NCBI GenBank assembly: GCA_013203655.1
Contig: JABMPN010000057.1
Coordinates: 16,451-80,450, forward strand
Length of the DNA: 64,000 nt
From: Cyanobacteria bacterium bin.51
GTDB lineage: Bacteria; Cyanobacteriota; Cyanobacteriia; PCC-6307; Cyanobiaceae
Direction: 5' to 3'
Under the pieces are notes generated by a model. The model was given only the letters and a program-made list of their open reading frames with translations, was not told the origin of the DNA and made no database searches. Of this stretch, positions 19,229 through 32,034 are shown one piece after another (within the stretch, counting starts at the first letter, position 1; each line of letters starts with the position of its first letter). The position numbers and the translations under genes were made by a program.

Positions 19229-20548
19229 GTGTCCTTGGCCAACGTTGTCGTCATCGGTGCACAGTGGGGCGACGAGGGGAAGGGCAAGATCACCGATCTC
19301 CTGAGCCGCTCCGCCGATGTGGTGGTGCGCTATCAAGGCGGGGTCAATGCCGGCCACACCATCGTCGTTGACGACAAGGTTCTCAAACTGCATCTGATTC
19401 CTTCGGGAATTCTTTATCCCGAAACGATCTGTCTGATTGGTTCAGGAACTGTGGTGGACCCCAAGGTGATGCTTGGCGAGCTCGACATGCTGCTCGCCTA
19501 CGGCATCGCCATTGACGGGCTGAAACTTGCTTCGACGGCCCACGTCACCATGCCCTACCACCGCCTGCTGGATCAGGCGATGGAGCAGCGCCGTGGCGAA
19601 CGACGGATCGGCACCACCGGCCGGGGTATTGGCCCCACCTATGCCGATAAAGCCGAGCGCAACGGCATTCGGGTGGTCGACCTGCTCGATGAAGAGCGGC
19701 TGCGCGATCGTCTCAGTGCACCCCTGGCGGAGAAGAACCAGCTCCTCGAGCAGATCTACGGCATCGAGCCGCTCGATTGCGAGGCCATGATCGCCGAATA
19801 TGCGGGCTACGGGGCAAGACTGGCTCCCCATGTGGTCGACTGCACCCGCACGATTCACGAGGCGGCGCGGGCCCGCAAAAACATCCTGTTCGAAGGTGCC
19901 CAGGGAACCCTGCTTGACCTCGATCACGGCACCTATCCCTATGTGACTTCCTCGAATCCGGTTTCGGGGGGGGCCTGCATCGGTGCCGGGGTCGGCCCGA
20001 CCCTGATCGACCGGGTGATCGGTGTGGCCAAGGCCTACACTACCCGTGTCGGGGAAGGTCCCTTCCCCACCGAACTTGAAGGCAGCCTCAACGACCACCT
20101 CTGCGACCGGGGCCACGAATTCGGCACCACCACCGGGCGTCGTCGCCGTTGCGGTTGGTTTGATGGCGTCATTGGCCGCTACGCGGTGGAGGTCAACGGC
20201 CTCGACTGTCTGGCGATCACCAAGCTCGATGTGCTCGACGAACTCGATTCCATCAAGGTCTGTGTGGCCTACGAACTCGATGGCGAGCGCATCGACCATT
20301 TCCCCAGCAGCGCCGAACTCTTTGCCCGCTGCAAACCGATCTACGTCAACCTGCCGGGCTGGCAGTCTTCAACGGCCGATTGCCGCCGCCTTGAGCAGCT
20401 TCCTCAAACGGCCATGGCCTATCTGCGATTCCTGGCTGAACTGATGGAAGTGCCGATCGCGATCGTCTCGCTTGGCGCCCACCGGGACCAGACCATCGTG
20501 GTGGAGGATCCGATCCACGGACCGAAGCGGGCCCTCCTCAATGCCTGA
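19229..20548 (+). CDS. purA: Adenylosuccinate synthase
   Basis: [45 protein letters not shown]. Confidence 0.98.
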   Translation: MSLANVVVIGAQWGDEGKGKITDLLSRSADVVVRYQGGVNAGHTIVVDDKVLKLHLIPSGILYPETICLIGSGTVVDPKVMLGELDMLLAYGIAIDGLKLASTAHVTMPYHRLLDQAMEQRRGERRIGTTGRGIGPTYADKAERNGIRVVDLLDEERLRDRLSAPLAEKNQLLEQIYGIEPLDCEAMIAEYAGYGARLAPHVVDCTRTIHEAARARKNILFEGAQGTLLDLDHGTYPYVTSSNPVSGGACIGAGVGPTLIDRVIGVAKAYTTRVGEGPFPTELEGSLNDHLCDRGHEFGTTTGRRRRCGWFDGVIGRYAVEVNGLDCLAITKLDVLDELDSIKVCVAYELDGERIDHFPSSAELFARCKPIYVNLPGWQSSTADCRRLEQLPQTAMAYLRFLAELMEVPIAIVSLGAHRDQTIVVEDPIHGPKRALLNA

Positions 20549-21539
20549 GACCAGAAAGGTGCTCGATGTCATCGGCATCGGCAATGCCATCGTCGACGTC
20601 CTCGTCTTGAGCGATGACCGTTTTCTTGAAGACCACCAGCTCCACAAAGGCGCCATGACCCTGGTGGATGAAGCCCAGGCCGAGCGTCTTTATGCCGCCA
20701 TGGGTCCGGGTCTGGAAACATCCGGTGGCTCGGCCGCCAACACCCTGGCTGGCATCGCCCAGCTCGGCGGCAAGGCGGCTTTCATCGGCCGCGTCCGCGA
20801 CGACCAGCTCGGCGCGATCTTCTCCCACGACATCCGCGCCGTCGGCACCCGCTTCGAGACGCCCGCTGCCAGCAGCGGGCCCTCCACGGCCCGTTGCATG
20901 ATCCTTGTCAGCCCCGATGCCCAGCGCACGATGTGCACCTACCTGGGGGCCTCGGTGGGGCTGGAGCCCCAAGACCTTGATCTTGAGCTTGTGGCCCAGG
21001 CCAAAATGCTGTATCTGGAGGGCTACCTCTGGGACAGCGATGCGGCCAAGCGCGCCTTCCTTGCCGCGGCAGAGGTGATGCGCCGCAGTGGCGGTCAGGT
21101 GGCGCTCAGCCTCTCGGATGCCTTCTGCGTCGAGCGCCACCGGCAGAGCTTTCTGGAGCTGGTCGACGGCCATGTCGATCTGCTCTTTGCCAACGAGGTC
21201 GAGATCATGGCCCTCTATGGCAGCTCCAGCTTCGAGGAGGCCCAAGAGCAGGTGCGGGGGTGCTGCGGGGTGGCCGTGCTGACCCGAAGCGAACGGGGTT
21301 CGGTCGTGCTTCAGGGTTCAACCACCTGGGAGATCGAGGCCTTTCGGCTCGGTCCGCTTGTGGACACCACCGGCGCCGGCGATCTTTATGCCGCCGGTTT
21401 TCTCTTCGGCCTTACCCGGGGGGACTCGCTGGAGCGCTGCGGACGGCTGGGATCCCTCTGTGCCGGCCAGGTGATCACCCAGCTGGGACCGCGTCCAGCC
21501 GTTTCCCTGCCCGACCTGGTCGCTCGGCACCTGGGGTGA
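20541..21539 (+). CDS. PfkB-family (adenosine-like) kinase
   Basis: [36 protein letters not shown]. Confidence 0.9.
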   Translation: MPETRKVLDVIGIGNAIVDVLVLSDDRFLEDHQLHKGAMTLVDEAQAERLYAAMGPGLETSGGSAANTLAGIAQLGGKAAFIGRVRDDQLGAIFSHDIRAVGTRFETPAASSGPSTARCMILVSPDAQRTMCTYLGASVGLEPQDLDLELVAQAKMLYLEGYLWDSDAAKRAFLAAAEVMRRSGGQVALSLSDAFCVERHRQSFLELVDGHVDLLFANEVEIMALYGSSSFEEAQEQVRGCCGVAVLTRSERGSVVLQGSTTWEIEAFRLGPLVDTTGAGDLYAAGFLFGLTRGDSLERCGRLGSLCAGQVITQLGPRPAVSLPDLVARHLG

Positions 21540-22352
21540 TCAGCCCCAGGCCCCCAGCCGGGCCATCAGATCGGGCAGCTCGAGCCGCTCGACGCCCTCC
21601 GGTTCCTCAGGCCGTTTGAGCAGCAGCAGTCGCAGGCTGAACCTGTGGCAAAGCGTCTGCCAGCCCTGTTCGGTTGTGCCACCGGATTGGCGACAGAGAA
21701 CGGCGGTGATGCCCCACTGGCGAATCAGGGCCGCTTCAAGAGCCAGCGGGGCCAGGCCCGCTCCTGTGCCGGGGCGATGAAAGGCCAGATGGGCCTCCGG
21801 CAGCCCGGCGGCCCGCGCCTGTCGCAGACTCGCGGCGTTGGGCAGCAAGCGGGCGAAGCTCACGGCAGGCGCCACCAGGGCCATGGCTTTTGGCAGATGG
21901 CGGGCGCCGATGGCGAACAGCAGGCGTTCTCCGGCCAGGTCGAGGCAGGCCAGCTCCTCAAGCCCCGCCAGCAGGGTGCAGTCGACGGCTTTGGCTTGCA
22001 GATTTGGTCGCAACAGACGCAGCAGCGGCTGGCCCAGGCTCAGGCAGGTGGCGGCCAGGTCGGTGCTGACCCGGCTGGCAAAGGGATGGCTGGCATCCAC
22101 CACCCAGACGAACGGCTGCCCGCCTTGCGTCGCCTGCCGCAGCCGCGCTGCCATGGCCGCTGGCCCAGCCAGGCTTCCCACCTCCAGGCGCAGACCGGGG
22201 TGGGCGTCGTAGGCACGGCAGGCGCTGGCGCTCACCACGGCCACATGCACGCCCCAGCCTCCCTCCAGCAACACCCTGGCCAGGGCGGGTCCCTCGCCGG
22301 TGCCGGCGATCAGCCAGAGCCGGGGCCGCTGCTGACAATCAGGACCGCGCAT
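21540..22352 (-). CDS. cobK: Precorrin-6A/cobalt-precorrin-6A reductase
   Basis: LIAGTGEG, VVDASHPFA, CRQSGG, KRP. Confidence 0.88.
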   Translation of the reverse strand: MRGPDCQQRPRLWLIAGTGEGPALARVLLEGGWGVHVAVVSASACRAYDAHPGLRLEVGSLAGPAAMAARLRQATQGGQPFVWVVDASHPFASRVSTDLAATCLSLGQPLLRLLRPNLQAKAVDCTLLAGLEELACLDLAGERLLFAIGARHLPKAMALVAPAVSFARLLPNAASLRQARAAGLPEAHLAFHRPGTGAGLAPLALEAALIRQWGITAVLCRQSGGTTEQGWQTLCHRFSLRLLLLKRPEEPEGVERLELPDLMARLGAWG

Positions 22353-22415
22353 CGGAAGAACAGTGCATCAGCAGGACAGTGCATCAGAATGAAGCTCGGT
22401 GTTTTTGATCCGGTT

Positions 22416-22952
22416 TTGAATCACTGTTTGCTGGAAGTGGAGGTGATCGAGGCGCCCCAGTTGCGCTACACCCAGGACAACCAGACCCCCGTTGCCGAAA
22501 TGTCGGTGCAGTTCGAGGGTCTGCGGCCCGACGACCCGTCGGGCCAGATCAAGGTGGTGGGCTGGGGCAATCTGGCGCAGGACCTCCAGAACCGGGTCCA
22601 GGTGGGCCAGCGGCTGATGCTGGAGGGGCGCTTGCGCATCACCACCTTGACCCGCGCCGATGGCCTCAAGGAGAAGCGTGCCGAGTTCACGCTTTCCCGT
22701 CTCCATCCGCTCGCGGCCGGCAGCTCCGCTGCAGGGGACCAGAGGCCAGCCACCGCATCGCCGCCACCCGCCGGGGCCATGCCCCGTTCGGTGCCCAGGC
22801 CCGTGCCGGCCAGGGCCGCTGCGGCTGGCTCCATGGCTGGCTCCCCGGCCGGAACTGCTGCCACGCCGGCGGCCCCGTCTCAGCAGGCTCCCACCTGGAA
22901 CACATCGCCGCTGGTGCCTGAGCTCAGCGACGACGACGACATCCCGTTCTGA
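22416..22952 (+). CDS. Single-stranded DNA-binding protein paralog
   Basis: PQLRYTQD, WGNLA, EGRL OB-fold motifs, Pro/Ala linker, acidic DDDDIPF tail; TTG 22416 or ATG 22389 start. Confidence 0.88.
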   Translation: MNHCLLEVEVIEAPQLRYTQDNQTPVAEMSVQFEGLRPDDPSGQIKVVGWGNLAQDLQNRVQVGQRLMLEGRLRITTLTRADGLKEKRAEFTLSRLHPLAAGSSAAGDQRPATASPPPAGAMPRSVPRPVPARAAAAGSMAGSPAGTAATPAAPSQQAPTWNTSPLVPELSDDDDIPF

Positions 22953-22963
22953 ATCCAGGCTGG

Positions 22964-23272
22964 TCAGCCTGCAGCCAGCCGCTCGCTGGCCAGGTCAATC
23001 ATCTGGCCCAGCTCCCGCTCCAGGGCCGCCAGGTCGAGGCGCAGATCAGGCCAACGGCCCCCATCGATCTGGCGCAGAAGCCAGAGTCGGTCGGCGCTGA
23101 GCTGCTCGATCAAGGCCGGGGTGCTGAGCTCGTCGGCAGTTTCCCCAGCCCCATTTTGGGCTGCAGCCGCCATCGGTTCGACCCTGTCCGGCTCGGTAAC
23201 GTCCGGAGTAGCACCGATTCGCTCGGCACCGATGGGCCCGGAGGAGGGTTCAGCGGAGTTGGCGGCAGTCAT
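22964..23272 (-). CDS. Small hypothetical protein
   Basis: Helical C-terminus DRLWLLRQIDGGRWPDLRLDLAALERELGQ; fills the gap between flanking genes. Confidence 0.65.
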   Translation of the reverse strand: MTAANSAEPSSGPIGAERIGATPDVTEPDRVEPMAAAAQNGAGETADELSTPALIEQLSADRLWLLRQIDGGRWPDLRLDLAALERELGQMIDLASERLAAG

Positions 23273-23334
23273 CGCAGAGTTGAACAGAACATGGTTTCGA
23301 TTTTTGCGTACGCCCTTGCGGGAGGATGGTCGCC

Positions 23335-23913
23335 ATGCAAGCAATCACCTCACCCGGCAGCCTGCTCACCCTCCTCGGCGCCGTTCTTACCGTTGTCGGC
23401 ACGATCGCCTACGCGACCGATAGCCCCAACATCAGCCTAGCTGGCGTGTTCTATGGCATTCCTTTGCTGTTGGGGGGACTGGCCCTGAAGTCCTCGGAAC
23501 TGCCGCCCGCCATCCGGCTGACCAAACCTGCTGAATTCCGCTCCCTGCGCGAGCAACCTGAGAGCGAACCGCTCAGCACCCTGCTCAAGGACGTGACCCG
23601 TTGGCGTTATGGCCAGAAGGCGCACCTCGAGAGTTCGCTCGAGGCCCTCAAGCTCTGGAACGACGATCAGCCGCCCGAACTCCTGAGCGTGCGCGAACTG
23701 GAGGAGCATGGCGGCTATGGCCTGGGCCTGCGTTTTCGCAGCAATGGGGTGCCGTTTGAGCGCTGGCAAGCCAAGCAGGAGCGACTTGGCCGTTTTTTCG
23801 GACCTGGGCTTGTGGCCACTCTGGCCCCGTTGACGGACGCTGAACTTGAACTCACCCTGGGGCCGGTTGCCCCTGCCATCAGCGATGGCCAGGTGGACGT
23901 CGTGCCGTCCTGA
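23335..23913 (+). CDS. DUF2854 (APE1-like) thylakoid membrane protein
   Basis: Two N-terminal TMs, [33 protein letters not shown]. Confidence 0.8.
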   Translation: MQAITSPGSLLTLLGAVLTVVGTIAYATDSPNISLAGVFYGIPLLLGGLALKSSELPPAIRLTKPAEFRSLREQPESEPLSTLLKDVTRWRYGQKAHLESSLEALKLWNDDQPPELLSVRELEEHGGYGLGLRFRSNGVPFERWQAKQERLGRFFGPGLVATLAPLTDAELELTLGPVAPAISDGQVDVVPS

Positions 23914-23941
23914 TCCCCCGTCGTTGTTGTCGTTGTCGAAC

Positions 23942-24853
23942 GTGAGTCAGGACCCCTTGATCAGTGCCGAGGACAGCCTGCGGGTCTCCGTTCTCAGTGA
24001 AGCCCTGCCCTACATCCAGCGTTTTTCCGGCCGCCGTGTGGTGGTGAAGTACGGGGGGGCGGCGATGGTGAACGAAGCGCTACGTGAGGCGGTCTTCCGT
24101 GATCTGGCCCTGCTGGCCTGCGTGGGTTTGCAACCGGTGGTGGTCCATGGCGGCGGGCCGGAGATCAACCAATGGCTGAGCAGGATGTCGATCGAGCCCC
24201 GGTTCGTTGATGGCCTGCGGGTCACCGATGCCGAGACAATGGATGTGGTCGAGATGGTGTTGGTCGGCAGGGTCAACAAACAGATCGTCAACGGGCTCAA
24301 CCGCCTCGGTGGCCGGGCGGTGGGGCTCTCCGGCAGTGATGGCGGCCTGGTCGAAGCGAGGGTCTGGGGGGATGGCTCCCACGGGCTGGTGGGGGATGTG
24401 GCGGCCGTCAACCCTGACGTTCTCGCTCCGCTGCTGGAGAATGGCTACATCCCAGTGATTTCCAGCGTGGCGGCCAACCCCCAGGGTCAGTCACACAACA
24501 TCAATGCCGACACCGTGGCCGGTGAACTCGCCGCCGCCCTCCAGGCCGAGAAGCTGATCCTGCTCACCGATACCCCTGGAATCTTGCGTGATCGCGACGA
24601 TCCTGGTTCGCTGCTGCGTCAGCTCAGTCTCTCCGAGGCCCGTGAACTGATCGCCAGCGGAGTTGTTGATGGCGGCATGACGCCCAAGACCGAATGCTGC
24701 ATCCGTGCCCTCGCCCAGGGGGTCGGGGCCGCCCATATCGTCGATGGTCGCGTTCCCCACGCCCTGCTCTTGGAAGTGTTCACCGATGCCGGCATCGGCA
24801 CCATGGTGGTCGGTCGCCTGGCGCCGGTAGCCGCGCCGGCCGGCCATGGCTGA
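23942..24853 (+). CDS. argB: Acetylglutamate kinase
   Basis: [44 protein letters not shown]. Confidence 0.96.
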   Translation: MSQDPLISAEDSLRVSVLSEALPYIQRFSGRRVVVKYGGAAMVNEALREAVFRDLALLACVGLQPVVVHGGGPEINQWLSRMSIEPRFVDGLRVTDAETMDVVEMVLVGRVNKQIVNGLNRLGGRAVGLSGSDGGLVEARVWGDGSHGLVGDVAAVNPDVLAPLLENGYIPVISSVAANPQGQSHNINADTVAGELAAALQAEKLILLTDTPGILRDRDDPGSLLRQLSLSEARELIASGVVDGGMTPKTECCIRALAQGVGAAHIVDGRVPHALLLEVFTDAGIGTMVVGRLAPVAAPAGHG

Positions 24854-25985
24854 GGACCCGCTGTCACCAGCCCGCCTGGCGCTGGAAAGGGGCGACTACG
24901 GGCGCTGCCTGAGGTTGCTGGAACCCCTGGCCCTGATCCATTCGTCCGCTACTCCCTTGGGGGGCAGCCTGCGCTTGCTGATGGTCACGGCCCTGCTGGG
25001 CCAGGGCAACGACGAGCAGGCCGCCAGCTGTTGCCGCAGTTTGCGCGTCTGTCGGGACCTGGAGATTCGGGCCCAGGCCAAGAACCTGCAGCTGATTCTG
25101 GAGGCACCGGCCCTGCCGCTTCCGGCCAACTGGTCGCTCACCTTGCCGGCCATCACTGAGGCCGAACCCCTGGAGGGCCGCTTGAAATCCAGCGCCAGCC
25201 CGCGGCGGCGCGACCGTGCGCCGGAGCCGACTCCGCCTCCGCCGCCACCGACCGGACCCACCCGCGGCCCGGTTGGCTTCGCCATTGCCGTGCTGGCTGT
25301 GCTTCTGCTGCTCGGCTCCCTGCTCTCAGGCTGCCTGCGGGTCCAGACCGATCTGCGCTTCGGTCCTCCTGGCCGGCTCCAGCTCCAGCAGACCCTGCGC
25401 AGCGAGTCCGGACGCCTGCTGCCCTTTCAGCGCAAGTACAGCCAGGAGCTGCAGGCAGCGGCACCAGCACCGAAACCTCTTCTGGCGCTCGAGACCCGGC
25501 AGGGGGTGGTCAGCCTCAGAAGCGCCAACTTGAGCGCTGCGGAGATTTCCAGGCTGCTACAGAGCACTGTGGCCACGGCCGCCCAGCTGGGGGGGATCGA
25601 GCTGCCACCCCCGGATTTACAGCTCAGGGAACGCAACTGGTTGGTGGGGGCCCACCAGCGGTTCAGCCTGGAAGTGGATCTGCGCCCTGTCAGGGGTCTG
25701 CCGGGACTGGAGCTCGGCGTTCAGCTCGGTCCGTTGGCACCTGCCGCCCTGCGCTCATCCTTGCCTCTGGCTGCAGTGCCATGCGCCGATGGGATCCGCT
25801 GGCCGTTGCAGCCTGGCGCCCTCAATCGCATCGAACTCGTCTGCTGGCGCTGGAGCCGGCTGGGGCTGGGTGCTCTCGCGATCCTGGTGTTGCTCGGTCT
25901 GGCCCTCGGCCTGCAGCGGCTGCGCCGGCAGGCTGGATTTGGCTGGCCGGAATTGCCCCCGCCTTCTGTGGATGAAGGGTCCTAG
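24846..25985 (+). CDS. DUF3153-like membrane/lipoprotein with N-terminal TPR-like region
   Basis: ALERGDYG N-terminus, internal TM plus LLSGC, C-terminal TM. Confidence 0.6.
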   Translation: MAEDPLSPARLALERGDYGRCLRLLEPLALIHSSATPLGGSLRLLMVTALLGQGNDEQAASCCRSLRVCRDLEIRAQAKNLQLILEAPALPLPANWSLTLPAITEAEPLEGRLKSSASPRRRDRAPEPTPPPPPPTGPTRGPVGFAIAVLAVLLLLGSLLSGCLRVQTDLRFGPPGRLQLQQTLRSESGRLLPFQRKYSQELQAAAPAPKPLLALETRQGVVSLRSANLSAAEISRLLQSTVATAAQLGGIELPPPDLQLRERNWLVGAHQRFSLEVDLRPVRGLPGLELGVQLGPLAPAALRSSLPLAAVPCADGIRWPLQPGALNRIELVCWRWSRLGLGALAILVLLGLALGLQRLRRQAGFGWPELPPPSVDEGS

Positions 25986-28261
25986 AGCTCCATTGGGTCG
26001 GGATCGATGCTGAGGTTCACCCGGCGATCGAGCCCTGAGCGCAGCTCAGCTTCCGCTTGTAACGGCAGGAGGCTGCCGGCGGGGCCGTGCAGCAGGATCT
26101 GCCAGCGATGGCGCCCGGCCACCCTCGCCACCGGTGCCGGGGCGGGCCCGACCAGGAGCCAGCCGGCGGCCTCCAGGTCTCCCCGGATCCGTTCGGCCAG
26201 GCTGGCGGCAGCGGTGGCCGTGGCGGTGGCCGTGGCACCGGAGAGCCGCAGCAGGCAGGCGCGACTGAAGGGCACCAGCTCAGCCGCACGGCGTTGTTGG
26301 AGTTCGCCAGCGAGGTAGTGGTCGTAGCGGCCATCGATCAGATGGCGGATCACCGGATGATCAGGGGAATAGGTCTGGACAATCACTTCGCCGGGGCGTT
26401 CGCCACGGCCGGCACGCCCGGCCAGTTGCAGCAACACCTGCAGGCACTGTTCCCCGGCCCGCAGATCGGGGCGATGCAACAGTCCATCGGCCGCGAGCAC
26501 CGCCGCCAGGGTCACCCTGGGGAGATCAATCCCCTTGGTGAGCATCTGGGTTCCGACCAGCACATCGGCCTCGCCAGCGGCGAACTGGGCCAGCAGGCGG
26601 CGGTGTCCATCCCGTCCCCGGGTGGTATCGCGATCGAAGCGCAGCAGGCGCAGCCCTTCGAGCTCCGTTTCAAGTTGCTCGATCACCCGCTGGGTTCCGG
26701 CCCCGAAGGGCTTGAAGGCGGTGGAGCCGCAGTGACTGCAACGCTGACTTGGCTGTTGGCGGTGACCACACCAGTGACAGCGCAGCCACTCCAGCCCGTC
26801 GCGGTGGCGATGGACGGTGAGCGAGACGTCACAGTGCGGACACTGCACCACCTCCCCGCAACTGCGGCAACTGAGAAAACTGCTGTATCCCCGCCTGGGC
26901 ACGAGCACCACCGCCTGCTCACCCACTTCCTTGAGCCGGTCGAGCCTGCCTTTGAGGGCCCGGCTGATCAGGCGCCGGTGGCCATCAGCCAGCTCCTGGC
27001 GCATGTCGACCACCCGCACCGGGGCCGCCGTCTGGCCGCTGATCCGTTCAGGCAGCTGTAACAGGGTGGTCTGGGGTTGTCTGTCGCCAGGCTCCGCCTG
27101 GCACCGCAACCAGGTTTCGATGGAGGGGGTGGCGCTGCCGAGCAGAAGCCTTGCCGGGCCGCTGGCGGCTCGGCGCCTGGCCACCGCCCTGGCGTGATAG
27201 CAGGGCATCGGAGCGTCCTGCTTGTAGGAGCTGTCGTGCTCCTCATCCAACACGATCAGGCCGAGAGGGGCCAAGGGCAAAAAGATGGCGGAGCGGGTGC
27301 CGACCACCACTAGCGGCCCAGCTTGCAGCGCTGTTTCCTTGCAGCGCCTCCAGACCCTGATCCGCTCAGCATCGCTGAGGCCGCTGTGATAGCCGAGCAC
27401 CCGGTCGCCGAAGCGGGCCAGACAGCGGTCGATCAGCTGGGGGATCAGGCCAATCTCCGGGGTCAATAGCAGGCTGCTGCGGCCCTTCTCCAGGCAGGCC
27501 GCAGCAGCCTGGAGATACACCTCGGTTTTGCCCGAACCGGTCACACCCCAGAGCAGCAGCTCGGCATCCTCTGCTGAAGAGAGGATCTGAGCAAGGGCCT
27601 GGGCCTGGTCCGGGTTCAGCTGGCGAGGGGGCTCCAGGTCCATAGCCATGCCGGACTCGGCCAGCCCGCTGGCCTGTCGTTGTGCCACCGGTGCAGGCCG
27701 TCGGCTCAGCTGAAGTACCGACCGCTTGGCCAGCCCCTGAACCAGCGAACGGCTGAATCCCCACTGCGTAACGACCGTCTGCAACCAGTCACCGGCACCG
27801 TCTTGAAGGGCCAAACGTTCGATCAAGGCTCGCTGACGTGCTGTTCGAGCTTGTGCAGTGGCATCAAGAGCAAGCAGTTCCACCCATTGGCGCTCAGGCG
27901 CTGGTCCCTGGGCGGCGGCGGGGCGCTGGCCAAGCCAACCTGGCGGCAAGGCCGTCTTGAGCGTCTTGAACAGACTGGTGTGGCAGTCAGAGGCCACCTG
28001 CTGGAGAACCTCTTGCCAGGTGGGATCGGCGGCACAGCTTTGCTGGATCGCCTCGATCGGCAACAACTTGATCGGGTCGATGTCCTGGGGAAAGGCGACC
28101 GGGGTTTCGACGATCAGGCCGATGTGCCGGCGGCCCCGTAAGCGGACCCTGACCAGATCACCCACTGCCAGAACAAGGTTCTGGGGGTTGACGTAGGTGA
28201 AAACACGGCCCTCGGGGCCTGCCTCCAGCCACACCTGGGAACATGTCAGTTCTTGAATCAC
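25982..28261 (-). CDS. priA: Primosomal protein N' helicase
   Basis: GVTGSGKTEVY, PEIGL, GTRSA, DEEHD, SATPS, four CxxC pairs, GTQM, GRAGR; start uncertain (28234-28297). Confidence 0.95.
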   Translation of the reverse strand: MIQELTCSQVWLEAGPEGRVFTYVNPQNLVLAVGDLVRVRLRGRRHIGLIVETPVAFPQDIDPIKLLPIEAIQQSCAADPTWQEVLQQVASDCHTSLFKTLKTALPPGWLGQRPAAAQGPAPERQWVELLALDATAQARTARQRALIERLALQDGAGDWLQTVVTQWGFSRSLVQGLAKRSVLQLSRRPAPVAQRQASGLAESGMAMDLEPPRQLNPDQAQALAQILSSAEDAELLLWGVTGSGKTEVYLQAAAACLEKGRSSLLLTPEIGLIPQLIDRCLARFGDRVLGYHSGLSDAERIRVWRRCKETALQAGPLVVVGTRSAIFLPLAPLGLIVLDEEHDSSYKQDAPMPCYHARAVARRRAASGPARLLLGSATPSIETWLRCQAEPGDRQPQTTLLQLPERISGQTAAPVRVVDMRQELADGHRRLISRALKGRLDRLKEVGEQAVVLVPRRGYSSFLSCRSCGEVVQCPHCDVSLTVHRHRDGLEWLRCHWCGHRQQPSQRCSHCGSTAFKPFGAGTQRVIEQLETELEGLRLLRFDRDTTRGRDGHRRLLAQFAAGEADVLVGTQMLTKGIDLPRVTLAAVLAADGLLHRPDLRAGEQCLQVLLQLAGRAGRGERPGEVIVQTYSPDHPVIRHLIDGRYDHYLAGELQQRRAAELVPFSRACLLRLSGATATATATAAASLAERIRGDLEAAGWLLVGPAPAPVARVAGRHRWQILLHGPAGSLLPLQAEAELRSGLDRRVNLSIDPDPMEL

Positions 28262-28666
28262 CGTGATCGCATCTGCTCGTTTCCTTGCAAACCCCAAACA
28301 GTTTTCTTAGAATGAATGGGTTGAGCAGTTGATGAAGCTGCAGTCGGATCCCGCAGTGTTCCGTCCAGAGGGAAGACTTAAAGTGAGCAGCGACTGGAGT
28401 CACCCTCCATCCAGCCTCCCAGTCTGCGACCTCCCCTGACAACCCTGCATTGGCATCCGTGTCGATCCTTGTCGTTTGGTCTGGCTGATTGTGTTCTGAG
28501 TGGCCGACGGTCCCGTTCAACCTCTGTCTGTTGACGGACCGGGAGTGGCTCTTGTGACGCCTTCCCCAGCCTTGGTGCGTCGTTGCCGTGAAGAAGCACT
28601 TCGAAACCACCACGCCGGCGTTTCCCTCCCCCTTTCCCCCCGCGTCTACTTTCTTCTGTTGTTCTT

Positions 28667-30103
<1,437 letters not shown>

Positions 30104-30156
30104 AACCTTGGTCTCACTGCTTGGTAGCCTCCCCTCCAATCCATGACCCAGAGGGG

Positions 30157-32034
30157 ATGGTCCAACTGCGCGATCATTGTTTGAATGATTCCCAGGCGTC
30201 TGTGCTGAAGTCGAGATCGTCTCTGGGCAGATCTCCCTGGCGACGGGCAGTGATCAGCCTTGTGGGCCTGGGCATGCTCTGCTGGCTGGCCTTCTTCAAC
30301 CATCTGGGCACCCTCAGCCTGATGGACAAAACCGAAGCCCTCTTCGTTGAAGTCGGGCATCAAATGTTGCTGCGCAACGACTGGGTAACCCCTTACTGGA
30401 ATAACGAGCTTTTCTTCGACTATCCCGTCTGGGGGTACTGGATGGTGGGTCTCAGTTTCCGAATCTTTGGAGTTTCGGAATGGGCCGCCCGCCTACCGGT
30501 GGCCCTGGCCGCGAGTTCTGTGGTGTTTGCTGGCTTTGGTCTGCTCCTGACCATCGCCGGCCCCGACGAAGAAAACGGGCAACGCTGGCGACGGGCCTGG
30601 CTTACTGCCGCCGTGTTGGCCCTCAATCCAGGTTGGGTGGGCTGGGGCCGCAGCTCGGTGACCGATATGTTCCTGGCGAGTGCGATCAGCCTCAGTTTGT
30701 TTGGTTTTTTTCTCAGTTACAGCCAACAGGCACGGCCATGGTTGCGCCGGTTTGGTTATGTGGCCATGCCTGTGTTCAGCGCCATTGCCGTGCTGGCCAA
30801 GGGACCAGTTGGGCTGGTGCTGCCCGGTCTGGTGATTGTGGTGTTCCTGCTCCTGCAGGGGCAGCTTTGGGTCGTGCTGCGCCAGATGCCGATGCTGGCG
30901 ATGACCGTACTTTTCTTTGCGGTAGCCACCCCTTGGTATGCGCTGGCTGCCCAAGCCCATGGCATGGCCTTTTTGGGTGGTTTTTTTGGCTTCAGCAATC
31001 TGGAGCGTTACACCTCCGTGCTGTATGGCCACGCCGGGCCTTGGTACTTCTATCTGCCTTGGTGCCTGCTGCTGCTGCTGCCCTGGTCGTTCTATTGGCC
31101 CCTGGCCGTCGCCAGGCTCGGCTACTGGCGGCTGGGCTGGTGGCGCGAACAGCCCCGAGTATCCCAGTTCGCCCCTTTTTGCCTGGTCTGGTTTCTGGTG
31201 GTGTTGTTGTTCTTCTCCGCCGCCGCCACCAAATTGGCCGGATACATCCTGCCGTTGGTGCCTGCAGGAGCGCTGCTGGTCAGCCTGTACTGGATCCCCC
31301 TGCCAGGGGCACCGCCACGGGCCATTGGCCCTGACTGGCCTCAGCGCTGGGTCGGCGGTATCAATGCCCTGGTGCTCGCGGTGATGGCGATGGCCGCTGC
31401 CTTGGCACCACGCTGGGTCGCAACCGATCCGGCCTACCCGGATTTCGCCCAGGCCCTGGAGAGCTCAGGCCTGCCGCTGGTGCTCGCAATCGTGCTGGCT
31501 GTCGCTGCCGTTGGTTTCTTTCCCCTGCTGGTTCATGACGGCTCGCCGCGCTGGTTCTGGGCCCCGAATCTGTTGGGCTTCACCGGTCTGCTGCTCCTGG
31601 TGGTGCCAGGACTTGCTCCCTTGATGCAGGCCCAGCGCCAGCAACCGCTCAAAGACCTGGCTGTGCTGGCCGGACAGGTGTCAGAGCCCAACGAAGAACT
31701 GCTTGTGATCGGCTATCTGCGATACAGCGTTGTGTATTACAGCAAGAAACCTGTGAGCTACTTTGACAGTGTCAAAGGCGCAAGAGAGCACCTTAGAAAC
31801 GACGACACCAGCAGCAACAAAAAGAGTGCCAACAACACCAGCCGCAGCTCAGGCGGTTCCGCTGCTGGATCGGCTGAAAGCGCTTCGGCTTCCACTGTTT
31901 TGTTATTTGGAGAAGAACGCAATCTGCGCCGTTTCGACCTTGATCCCTCCTCTGTTCAAACCATCGCTGATCGCGGTAACCACCGCTTGTGGCGTGTGAG
32001 CCGTGCCGATCTGGCCGGCTCCCCCCAGCCTTGA
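30157..32034 (+). CDS. ArnT/PMT-like GT-C membrane glycosyltransferase
   Basis: DKTEALF, DWVTPYWN...FFDYP, EWAARLP, LAKGPVG, PWY, TKLAGYILP; many TMs. Start approximate. Confidence 0.88.
   Translation: MVQLRDHCLNDSQASVLKSRSSLGRSPWRRAVISLVGLGMLCWLAFFNHLGTLSLMDKTEALFVEVGHQMLLRNDWVTPYWNNELFFDYPVWGYWMVGLSFRIFGVSEWAARLPVALAASSVVFAGFGLLLTIAGPDEENGQRWRRAWLTAAVLALNPGWVGWGRSSVTDMFLASAISLSLFGFFLSYSQQARPWLRRFGYVAMPVFSAIAVLAKGPVGLVLPGLVIVVFLLLQGQLWVVLRQMPMLAMTVLFFAVATPWYALAAQAHGMAFLGGFFGFSNLERYTSVLYGHAGPWYFYLPWCLLLLLPWSFYWPLAVARLGYWRLGWWREQPRVSQFAPFCLVWFLVVLLFFSAAATKLAGYILPLVPAGALLVSLYWIPLPGAPPRAIGPDWPQRWVGGINALVLAVMAMAAALAPRWVATDPAYPDFAQALESSGLPLVLAIVLAVAAVGFFPLLVHDGSPRWFWAPNLLGFTGLLLLVVPGLAPLMQAQRQQPLKDLAVLAGQVSEPNEELLVIGYLRYSVVYYSKKPVSYFDSVKGAREHLRNDDTSSNKKSANNTSRSSGGSAAGSAESASASTVLLFGEERNLRRFDLDPSSVQTIADRGNHRLWRVSRADLAGSPQP

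Noticed and set aside
21645-22415. Long N-terminal extension on the SSB ORF
   Set aside because: Antisense to cobK; the SSB fold starts near 22416.
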